Source of the DNA: Candidatus Latescibacterota bacterium
GTDB taxonomy: Bacteria; Latescibacterota; UBA2968; UBA8231
Length of the DNA stretch: 64,000 nt
Reading direction: 5' to 3'
Assembly: GCA_965215195.1 (NCBI GenBank)
Contig: CBDCDC010000002.1
Coordinates: forward strand, 992,001-1,056,000
Shown here: one piece after another, positions 28,905 through 37,099 of the stretch
Numbering within the stretch: the first letter of the stretch is position 1
Layout of the letters: each line of letters begins with the position of its first letter
Program-made: the position numbers and the translations under genes
The notes under the pieces: generated by a model
The model's database searches: none
What the model saw: only the letters and a program-made list of their open reading frames with translations
Told to the model about the DNA's origin: nothing

Positions 28905-30428
28905 TTATGCCTTGGCTGACTGCAAAATGAGCCTGCCAGCGTTCTTCATCTGCCTCAGAATGACGAACCAAGTCCCCCCCCCGACAATATATCCAATAGC
29001 CAGCATCCAAGACTGATTCTCTATTATTGCCACTAAGGGAGCCACCACGAATAAGTAGCAATAGATAAAACAGGCCACTTCACTGACTGATCGTCTGCCG
29101 CTTTCGGCATTGAGAGCTTTGGCAAGCCCGTGAATTGCGACGAAGTTCCAGTAAAAATTAAAGAATGGTACAAAGAGAAATCCAACGGCTTTGTCGGGCG
29201 TCGTCTTCGCTTTATGAGTGGGAATGAGGGACCACAGCTTATGCAGAATAAGGCAGCCAAACAGGCCAGAAAGCAAAAAGGACACGACACAGAGAAAAAA
29301 GACCAGCGCATTATCTTTATCTAGATATAGCCTCGCATTGTTGGCCGCGACCAACATAATGGAGAATATCAGTGTGCTGACAAAGCAAATGCAATGGAGC
29401 TTAAACCAAGTGTTCAAGCGATCCGCGTCTTTAACTTTGGCGGCTGACTGAGTACGTACAGATTGTTCAATGGGCGGCATGGGCGGCGTATCAACGCGCT
29501 CGCTGCCCGTGCCCTGCCTTCCCTCCTCTTGGCGACGCTCCTGCTGCGGGTCCGCCTCCGCTTCCAGCACCTCCTGCCACGCCTCCACACTCTGCGGACG
29601 ATCCCCTTCATCCACCGACAACGCCGCATCGATCGCCAACAAAAACGCACCACTCGCCTGACCCGCACACCGCTGAGATACCGGAATCAGCGGATCGTTT
29701 CGTTCCCTAACCGTCGCATCGTCAGGCACCTGACCCGTCAACGCTCGATAACACACCCCACCCAACGCATAAAGGTCCGTCCAAGGCCCCTGATTCCCCC
29801 GACTCGAATACTGCTCTATCGGTGCATACCCCGGCGTTACGATAGACGTAACCGAACGACTCTTCGCCCCGATCGCCTGCCGCGCCGCCCCAAAGTCCAG
29901 CAACACCGGCGATCTATCTTTTCGCAAGACGATGTTGCCCGGCTTGATGTCCCGATGCAAAAAGTCCGCCCCATGTATCACTTTTAAGGCAGCCAATAGC
30001 GAATACAGAATCGCTTTAAGCTCGGCTTCGCTCAGCGTCCCCTTGCGCGTCAGATACGCCGACAAGTCCTCCCCTTCCACATAATCCATGGCGATGTACG
30101 CCGTGTTGTGCGCTTCAAAGTATTGATGGACGCGGACGATGTTGGGATGTCGGAAACGCGCCAGCGTGCGGGCTTCGTCCAAAAACCGCTCCAAGCCCCA
30201 GTGGAAGTCGGACGCCGCCCGCGACGACTGCGGCACGACGGACAGGTCTTGTTCGCGGGTGGCCAAGTCGGCCGGCAGATACTCCTTGATGGCTACGGAA
30301 ATATCCAGCACCACGTTCCGTCCTAGATAGGTAATGCCAAACCCGCCATGGCCGAGTACGCGGTCAAACTCAAAGTCCCAGATGCGCGTCCCCGGCGGCA
30401 GCGCCAAGAGGTGCTGTTCCTCACTCAT
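28905..30428 (-). CDS. Ser/Thr protein kinase with C-terminal multi-TM (DUF4328-like) domain
   Basis: LGHGGFGITY, VAIKEY, HRDIKPGN, DFG, GYAPIEQ, DLYALG; C-terminal TPDKAVGFLFVPFFNFYW and about 4 TM segments. Confidence 0.92.
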   Translation of the reverse strand: MSEEQHLLALPPGTRIWDFEFDRVLGHGGFGITYLGRNVVLDISVAIKEYLPADLATREQDLSVVPQSSRAASDFHWGLERFLDEARTLARFRHPNIVRVHQYFEAHNTAYIAMDYVEGEDLSAYLTRKGTLSEAELKAILYSLLAALKVIHGADFLHRDIKPGNIVLRKDRSPVLLDFGAARQAIGAKSRSVTSIVTPGYAPIEQYSSRGNQGPWTDLYALGGVCYRALTGQVPDDATVRERNDPLIPVSQRCAGQASGAFLLAIDAALSVDEGDRPQSVEAWQEVLEAEADPQQERRQEEGRQGTGSERVDTPPMPPIEQSVRTQSAAKVKDADRLNTWFKLHCICFVSTLIFSIMLVAANNARLYLDKDNALVFFLCVVSFLLSGLFGCLILHKLWSLIPTHKAKTTPDKAVGFLFVPFFNFYWNFVAIHGLAKALNAESGRRSVSEVACFIYCYLFVVAPLVAIIENQSWMLAIGYIVGGGTWFVILRQMKNAGRLILQSAKA

Positions 30429-30482
30429 AAATCCCTCCTATTGTTCATGCCGGCACAACAGATGAACCATAGTCAGCTTATT

Positions 30483-31847
30483 TCACTCTCGAGCACCGTA
30501 AAGGCGCAACACCGACGCTGTCGAAGAAGCATTATACTCCCCCGCAACGTGTAGCGGCGTATGGCCCTCGGTGTTTATGGCATTGACTTTAGCTCCCTGC
30601 TCGAGCAACACCCCCGCCGTCAAAGAAGCATGATGCTGCGCCGCAACGTGCAGCGGCGTCAAGCCGTACCTGCATCTGGCATCCACAGCTGCCCCTTGCT
30701 TAATTAGGGATAGCGTCAGCACGGACAGGTTCAGTTTCGCTGCATAGTGCAGGTCGGTCATGCCCTTATCGTCCATCGCGTCCGGGGACGGCTCTCGCCC
30801 CACTTCCGCGACAAATCTTTCTCGCGCCCCCTCCAGATTCGCTTGGCGACGCGCTTGCGCTAGGTCCGAATCCCCCAACGCCTCTCGCCACGCCGCAACA
30901 CTCTTCGGACGATCCCTCCCAGCCACCTGCAATGCCTTGTCAATCGCCGCAAGAAACGCTTGACTTGTTTGACCCGCACACTGCTGCGATACTGGAACCA
31001 GCGGATCCTTCCGCACCCGAACCGTCGCATCGTCGGGCACCTGACCCGTCAATGCCCGATAGCACACCGCACCCAACGCATAAATATCCGTCCAAGGCCC
31101 CTGAGGCCCCCGCTCCTCATACTGCTCTATCGGCGCATATTTCGGCGTTACGATCGACGTAACTGGACGGCTCTTGGCCTCTATCGCCTGCCGCGCCGCA
31201 CCAAAATCTAGCAACACCGGCGCTCCATCTTTCCGCAAGACGATGTTGCCCGGCTTGATGTCCCGATGCAGAAAGTCCGCCCCATGTATCACTTCTAAGG
31301 CATCCAACAGTGGATAAAGAATGTCCTTAAGCTCGGCTTCGCTTAGCGTCCCCTTGCGCGTCAGATACGCCGACAAGTCCTCGCCCTCCACATAGTCCAT
31401 TGCGATATACGCCGTGCTATGCGCCTCAAAGAAATGATGGACGCGGACGATGTTAGGGTGCTCAAACCACGCCAGCGTGTGGGCTTCGTCCCTGAAGCGG
31501 TTCAAGCCCCAGTGGAATACAGACCACGCCAAGGAGTCAGACTCGTCCTGCGACGACGGCGGCACGACGGACCAAGACCGCGTGGGGGCTTCTTCCACCA
31601 AGAAGCGTTCCAAGTCCCCTTGGAATACAGACTCGTCCTGCGACGACAGCGGCACGACGGACAGATCGCTTTCGCGGATAGACCAGTCCACGGGTAGGTA
31701 CTCTTTGATCGCCACCGGAATATCCAAGGCCGTGTTCCTGCCCAAATAGGTGATGCCGAACCCACCACGGCCGAGGACGCGGTGAAACTCAAAGTCCCGG
31801 ATGCGCGTCCCCGGCGGCAGGGCCAAGTGATGCTGTTCCTCACTCAT
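30483..31847 (-). CDS. Ser/Thr protein kinase with C-terminal ankyrin repeats
   Basis: Same Hanks motifs; GMTDLHYAA, GLTPLHVAA, GHTPLHVAG. Confidence 0.92.
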   Translation of the reverse strand: MSEEQHHLALPPGTRIRDFEFHRVLGRGGFGITYLGRNTALDIPVAIKEYLPVDWSIRESDLSVVPLSSQDESVFQGDLERFLVEEAPTRSWSVVPPSSQDESDSLAWSVFHWGLNRFRDEAHTLAWFEHPNIVRVHHFFEAHSTAYIAMDYVEGEDLSAYLTRKGTLSEAELKDILYPLLDALEVIHGADFLHRDIKPGNIVLRKDGAPVLLDFGAARQAIEAKSRPVTSIVTPKYAPIEQYEERGPQGPWTDIYALGAVCYRALTGQVPDDATVRVRKDPLVPVSQQCAGQTSQAFLAAIDKALQVAGRDRPKSVAAWREALGDSDLAQARRQANLEGARERFVAEVGREPSPDAMDDKGMTDLHYAAKLNLSVLTLSLIKQGAAVDARCRYGLTPLHVAAQHHASLTAGVLLEQGAKVNAINTEGHTPLHVAGEYNASSTASVLRLYGARE

Positions 31848-32928
31848 AATTTGTCCCTTCTTTCTTTTTTGGCGGCTCGTTCAGCTCGGATTTCTCTCCT
31901 TCAGCACGGGTGCTGTCCCCTGTCTCCTCCTCCTGAGAGGCCGGCGCGCCCTCTTCAGCAGGTTCAACAGCAGGGGCGGCTGCCGGCATCCTCTCAACAG
32001 CCACCTCTTCGCCCCGCCTAAGCCAATAAAGCATCCCCCATAAAACGGCAACACATAGCAACATCCCCAACAGTCTGCCCCAGCGTTTTCGTTTTAAGCG
32101 CGGCTTACTCTGAACAGCTTCCCCCTCGCCAACAGCAGCCGCAGCCCCTTCCGTGTCCTCGGCCGGCGCGTACAACAAGACGGTCGTATTGTCCTGCTGG
32201 GGATGCTCGGCCGCTTCCACCGCTTGGATAAGAGCCGCAACACTATCCTCCAAGGGCGCGTCTTGCGTTTCTTGGAGGATGGCCGCGATCGCTGGATCGC
32301 TGAGGGTCATCAAACCATCGCTCGCCAACAGCAGCCGGTCCCCTTGCTCGACCGCCACCGGCTGGGACGACACGTCAATCAGATGGATGGCATCGCCCAT
32401 GACCGCTGACCGCAGCGAATGCCGACTTGAATCCTGCGCGGCTTCCTCTGCGGTCATGCGCCCGGTGGCCACCAAGTCCGCCAGCACCGGTGCCATCGAG
32501 TGGTCGGCATTCAAGCGGCTCAATTGCCCCTCGTGGAACAACCACAACGGCGAGTCGCCCACGCTGATCCAGTGCAGCCCTTCGCTTGCAACAACCGCCG
32601 CAACCAAGGTCGAACCCATGCTGTCGAGTGCGGGATTTTCGGCAATGGCCGCAGCCATGGCTTCATTAGCCTCTTGGAGACAGGCCCGCAGCCGATCGAC
32701 GATGGGCCCCGAAGCCTGCGGATACGCCGCGACAAAGGTCTTGCTCAACAGGCCACTGGCCGTTGCGCCGCCCACGTGGCCGCCCATGCCATCGGCGACC
32801 ACCAACATGGTGTGCTCGCGGCCGTCGAGGCCGAGGTCGCGCCCATCCAGCAGGCCGTAATCATCCTCTTGATAGGCCCGCTGGCCGGGAATTTGCCGGG
32901 CGGCAAAGCGCCCGTCTAATGCGTTCAT
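31840..32928 (-). CDS. PP2C/PPM Ser/Thr phosphatase with C-terminal TM anchor
   Basis: RAYQEDD, VADGMGGH, VGDS, DHS, LLASDGL, QDNTT; LLGMLLCVAVLWGMLYWL. Confidence 0.92.
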   Translation of the reverse strand: MNALDGRFAARQIPGQRAYQEDDYGLLDGRDLGLDGREHTMLVVADGMGGHVGGATASGLLSKTFVAAYPQASGPIVDRLRACLQEANEAMAAAIAENPALDSMGSTLVAAVVASEGLHWISVGDSPLWLFHEGQLSRLNADHSMAPVLADLVATGRMTAEEAAQDSSRHSLRSAVMGDAIHLIDVSSQPVAVEQGDRLLLASDGLMTLSDPAIAAILQETQDAPLEDSVAALIQAVEAAEHPQQDNTTVLLYAPAEDTEGAAAAVGEGEAVQSKPRLKRKRWGRLLGMLLCVAVLWGMLYWLRRGEEVAVERMPAAAPAVEPAEEGAPASQEEETGDSTRAEGEKSELNEPPKKKEGTNYE

Positions 32929-33578
32929 TGCGCCTCGCTTGCTTCTGTATCCTGCCAATCAAACTCGGCACCGCACAGGGGCACGAAGCGAAGAACCGTA
33001 TGGCCGATACAGATGTGACTCAGGGCCGGCAACTCAGCCGGTGTGAGCACGGGCTGGTCCCCGAGATACGTCAGATTCTTGCCGCCGCCGTGCTGCACGT
33101 AAAACCTCCGGCCGCGCGGATCGTACGTGACAACGGCATGGCCATTGCGCGAAATCTGATCGTCGCCAAAATCGAGCTTGATGCGGTCGGTGGCTCCGCG
33201 TCCAATCGAATTAGAGCCATACCCCAACCGCACGGCTCGCCCCTTGCCCGGCCCCTCCACAACCACCAGCCACCCCACAACCGGATCATCCATGCCGCGA
33301 TCCGCTGCGGCGCGCTCCTGCCGGCGCTCCTCGTCTTCTCGCCGCGGCCGCCCTCCCACCAAGCGCGTCCGCTCCTTCTCGTCGACATTGGCCGGCGCAC
33401 GGCTTTCGCCCATTGGCTGGGTGGGCGCATCTAAACGCCCGGCACCGGCGGGTTGCTCGCCATCCGGTGGTGCCGGCGGCAACGGCCTGTGGGCTCTGTC
33501 CGTTGGTTTGGTATCCTCGTTCCGCTTCTCGGTTTTCTCTTCAATGATTTTGCCATCGGGGACGCGATAAACAGGCAT
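32925..33578 (-). CDS. FHA domain protein with disordered N-terminus
   Basis: PVVGWLVVVEGPGKG, SIGRG, ISRNGH, GGKNLTYL. Confidence 0.88.
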   Translation of the reverse strand: MPVYRVPDGKIIEEKTEKRNEDTKPTDRAHRPLPPAPPDGEQPAGAGRLDAPTQPMGESRAPANVDEKERTRLVGGRPRREDEERRQERAAADRGMDDPVVGWLVVVEGPGKGRAVRLGYGSNSIGRGATDRIKLDFGDDQISRNGHAVVTYDPRGRRFYVQHGGGKNLTYLGDQPVLTPAELPALSHICIGHTVLRFVPLCGAEFDWQDTEASEAQ

Positions 33579-33611
33579 GGTGCCCTCCTATTTTTGGGTT
33601 GTTCCAGCAAC

Positions 33612-34397
33612 TTACTTTTCGTAGAGCCGGTTGATTAAGTTGTCTAGACAGTATTGGCCGGATTGGTTCAAGGCCATCTCTTCCCGGCTTTGTGCAATGT
33701 GCAGCGCAAACACCAGCAGGGCCGACTGGACCAACGCCAGCAAGGTCGTGTAAAACGCAACGCCCAGCCGACCGGTGATCTCCGCCAGCAAGGTCGGGTC
33801 CTGTGGGTCTTCAATGTTGGCCGCATAATCCAAGGCAAACGCAATGCCCACCACCGTGCCGATAAAGCCCAACGTTGGCATCAGCCATACGAGATAGCGC
33901 AACATCGCGTATTTGAGTTCGAGCTCGTGTTGGAACAATTCGAGGGACGAATTCAACAACGAGTTGGCTTGATTGACCGAGTGGCTCCCCTGAAATTGTA
34001 GAATGCAGCGCATGATCAGACGCTGTAAATAAAAGGGGCGCTCCTCGGCCTTGGGCCGCACCGTTTGATAAAAGGACCCCAAATCCCGCGCCCGCAACAT
34101 GACCGCATCGTCTTCCGGCAGATAGCGTTTCGCCACCTGCTCCATTTCGAGCTGGGCTTGGTTAAACCGCACCCAGAGTTCACCGCAGCCAAGCCAAAAC
34201 ATGAGCCACATGACGTTTTGGATGGTAAAAGGATAGGGGAAATTCTCGGTGTGGCGATCTAGCAGGAAAGCACCGGCCGCCGAATCGGGATGACCGAAAA
34301 TAAGGCTCATAATCGCGATGGATACGACGCCTCCTAGCAGACTGATGACGCTTGCTTTTAGGCGTTGCTCTAGCTCTACCCCTCGCCCGTTTGCCAT
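33612..34397 (-). CDS. MotA/TolQ/ExbB proton channel family protein
   Basis: LMPTLGFIGTVVGI...LGVAFYTTLLAL. Confidence 0.88.
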   Translation of the reverse strand: MANGRGVELEQRLKASVISLLGGVVSIAIMSLIFGHPDSAAGAFLLDRHTENFPYPFTIQNVMWLMFWLGCGELWVRFNQAQLEMEQVAKRYLPEDDAVMLRARDLGSFYQTVRPKAEERPFYLQRLIMRCILQFQGSHSVNQANSLLNSSLELFQHELELKYAMLRYLVWLMPTLGFIGTVVGIAFALDYAANIEDPQDPTLLAEITGRLGVAFYTTLLALVQSALLVFALHIAQSREEMALNQSGQYCLDNLINRLYEK

Positions 34398-34398
34398 G

Positions 34399-34782
34399 TC
34401 AATCCTCCTCGCCCATGATCTCACCCGTATCTACGTTGCGCCGCACGGGACCTACGGGCAGGCTGTCCGGCTGCGTGGGTTTGCCGCCTTCTGAACGGCG
34501 CTCCTCTTGCGCGGCCAGCGCGATGAGTGCGGGTGCGGTCGTCTGGTAATGACCGAGTAAAATCGCCTCTGTCGGGCTTATAAACTCCTGCCGGATGCGT
34601 CTCCACTCGCCGTTCCGCGCCACATAACTACCCCCGCTGCTAGCGCAATCCGTCAGGTAGTACGAGCCGCTTGGCGTCGCAAGTAGCTCGGCGTGGACGC
34701 GAGAAACCGAATCATCGTCAATCTGGATGTCCACGCCGGGGCTGCGCCCAATTCGATACACCGAAAACGTCGATTTGTTCAT
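34399..34782 (-). CDS. Small FHA domain protein
   Basis: IGRSPGVDIQIDDDSVSRVHAEL...LTDCASSGGSYV. Confidence 0.88.
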   Translation of the reverse strand: MNKSTFSVYRIGRSPGVDIQIDDDSVSRVHAELLATPSGSYYLTDCASSGGSYVARNGEWRRIRQEFISPTEAILLGHYQTTAPALIALAAQEERRSEGGKPTQPDSLPVGPVRRNVDTGEIMGEED

Positions 34783-34783
34783 G

Positions 34784-35776
34784 TCAACCCGGCTTGGCCC
34801 CTATGAGATAGCCGTTGTTTTGTTCGGTTAGCTGCACCAGAAAATCAATAAATTTCCGGTCTGTCACGTAATTGCCAACGGCTACGGCATGTATGGGTAT
34901 GTTCCGCCTGTTCTCCGCCGTTACAGCCCGCACGACCATGTGCCAATCTTCAGAGGGGGCCCCATCGCTCAACAGGACGATCTCTTCGGGGTGCAGTGCA
35001 ATCGCCGCCAGCAAAGCTTCGCGTGTGGGCGTACCGCCATCCACTAATCTCATCCAGTCGTTCACCTGTCCGACAACGCGATCTCGCGTATTCCTTCTTA
35101 CTTGAAAGTACCCTCTATTTTGAGGCCAATAGTGCAACGCCGTCCTCTGGTTTGGGGCGTGAAAACCAATGAGACAGACCTCTATTTCCGCCTTAAAAGC
35201 AGCGAGCATGTCTTGAATGGCCAATGTTATGAACTGGCGATAATCTTGCTTTCCAGGCTGATAAATACTGCCCGACATATCTATGACGAACGCGAACTTT
35301 CTCGCCTTCGTCTTAATGCCTAATAAAACGGTTGTGTCATCTATCTCCTGTTGCAAAGCCTCCACTCGTTTTGCAAGCTGACCTTTTGCTTTCGCCGCTT
35401 CGGCCTTTGCCCGCTCCAGCTCCTGTTGCAAAGCCTCCACCCGTTTTGCAAGCTGACGTTCTGTCTTCGGAGCTCTGGCCTTTGCCCGCTCCAGTTTGGC
35501 TTTCTCCTGTCTTAGCTTGGCTTTTTCCCGTTCCAGCTTAGCCTTCTCCCGCTCTGCTTTGGCCTTTGCCTGCTCTAACTCGGCCTGCGCCTGTTCCTGC
35601 GCCTGTTCCTGCGCCTGTTCCTGCTCGGCCTTTTCCTGTCCCGACAGGTTCAGATTTGGAAAAAAGGGCAGCAGCACTACGGTAATGAGTATGAAAGCGC
35701 CGAGTGCCGAGGCGAACAGATCGAGCGCGGACATGCTAAAGATGTTGAACTCGCGGCTGCGTTTCTTCATGCCCAA
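34784..35776 (-). CDS. Membrane-anchored vWA protein with ExbD/TolR-like N-terminal TM and coiled coil
   Basis: FSMSALDLFASALGAFILI (Asp in TM); QEQA and QLAKRVEALQQE repeats; MIDAS DMSGS...GGT...LLSDG. Confidence 0.85.
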   Translation of the reverse strand: MGMKKRSREFNIFSMSALDLFASALGAFILITVVLLPFFPNLNLSGQEKAEQEQAQEQAQEQAQAELEQAKAKAEREKAKLEREKAKLRQEKAKLERAKARAPKTERQLAKRVEALQQELERAKAEAAKAKGQLAKRVEALQQEIDDTTVLLGIKTKARKFAFVIDMSGSIYQPGKQDYRQFITLAIQDMLAAFKAEIEVCLIGFHAPNQRTALHYWPQNRGYFQVRRNTRDRVVGQVNDWMRLVDGGTPTREALLAAIALHPEEIVLLSDGAPSEDWHMVVRAVTAENRRNIPIHAVAVGNYVTDRKFIDFLVQLTEQNNGYLIGAKPG

Positions 35777-35782
35777 TACCCT

Positions 35783-37096
35783 CTAAAGTTTGGACGCCAC
35801 GAGCACCAAATCGCCCAGCGCGACTTTGGCACCATAGTCCAGCCGCGCCGGCTCAAAGGGCGACAGGCGCTGTTCGTTCAAAAACGTCCCATTGCTGGAG
35901 TGCAAATCTTCGACATACAATCGATTGCCTTGGGCGGCAATGCGCAGATGCCGTCGAGATACGTTTCCATCGGCGACGACTTCATCGACCAACTCGGGAT
36001 GCCGGCCGATCGAAAGCCCCAAGCGTTGGCCAGCCAAGCGGGCCGGCGACAACTCAATGCAGACGCGGTGGCCACGACCGTCAAAACCAGCCAGCACGAG
36101 GCCGTGCCTTGGGCCTTTTGCAACGGCCCCTACCCCTACGCGCCGACTCATCTGCTGGACGAGTTGGCGCGGCTTGGCCAAGGTCTGCTGGGCGAACTGG
36201 CGCGGCTTCTTTAAGGCCACGACCAAGGCGGCCAAAGCCACACCGCCCAATAGTAGCAGATAGACGATAAATTGATCGCTGGCTTCTTCGGCCTGCTCTC
36301 GCGCTTGTTCGGCCTCGCGCCGCGCCTTTTCCGCTTCGCGCCGCGCCTTCTCGGCCTCACCCGAACTCCCCGTGCCGCCAGCCGCCACACAATCGTCACT
36401 CTCCGCTTGAAAAGCAATGCCGTGGTCGTCCAACAGGTTGGCCAACTCCTCTATGTGCGAAGACCAGTAAATGCCCGCCGCATGGGGCACCCGCGTCACC
36501 CCGCTCGATGGACTGGTAATGACCACGAGCGACGCCTGCGTATTGACGCCGACAGCTCGGCTACAATCATCTAATAAGGGGCCGCCGCTGTTGCCCGGGT
36601 TGGTCGGCGCATTGTGCTGAATAATCCTGAGTTGTTGCGTGTGCCACGCGCCTGAAAAAATCCGCCCAATGACGCCGTCTTGCACGGTCGGGTCGTGCGC
36701 CGGTCTGTTGCGGTCGGCCCCACCGGGATAGCCGATGGACCATACCTTCTGGCCTTTTGTGGCGGGTGCGAGCGACAGCGCGATTGGCGGCAGGGTTATG
36801 TCTGGGATATGGGCGATGGCGAGGTCGAGTTCTGGGGACGTGGCGATTACTTCCACCTCGTACAGGGCGTTGGAGTTTGTCGGGACGGCTTGGATTGAGC
36901 GGGCATTGGCGATGACGTGGACGTTGGTCGCAATATAGCCTTGGTCGTTGATGGCGAATCCAGTGCCGGCACTGGTCTGGGTCACGATGCGCACCACGCT
37001 CTTCTCCAGCGCGTCAAAGTCTGGCGCAGCAACAGCGCGGCCCGGCAGCAGTGCCAGCAGAAAGAAGACGAGACCCCAGCGTCTGGAGCGGTGCAA
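35783..37096 (-). CDS. Trypsin-like serine protease - TM - FHA
   Basis: Signal peptide; TNVHVI, LDLAI, PGNSGGPL (intact triad); TM followed by KKPR; IGRHP...VSRRH...SSNGT. Confidence 0.9.
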   Translation of the reverse strand: MHRSRRWGLVFFLLALLPGRAVAAPDFDALEKSVVRIVTQTSAGTGFAINDQGYIATNVHVIANARSIQAVPTNSNALYEVEVIATSPELDLAIAHIPDITLPPIALSLAPATKGQKVWSIGYPGGADRNRPAHDPTVQDGVIGRIFSGAWHTQQLRIIQHNAPTNPGNSGGPLLDDCSRAVGVNTQASLVVITSPSSGVTRVPHAAGIYWSSHIEELANLLDDHGIAFQAESDDCVAAGGTGSSGEAEKARREAEKARREAEQAREQAEEASDQFIVYLLLLGGVALAALVVALKKPRQFAQQTLAKPRQLVQQMSRRVGVGAVAKGPRHGLVLAGFDGRGHRVCIELSPARLAGQRLGLSIGRHPELVDEVVADGNVSRRHLRIAAQGNRLYVEDLHSSNGTFLNEQRLSPFEPARLDYGAKVALGDLVLVASKL

Positions 37097-37099
37097 TGT

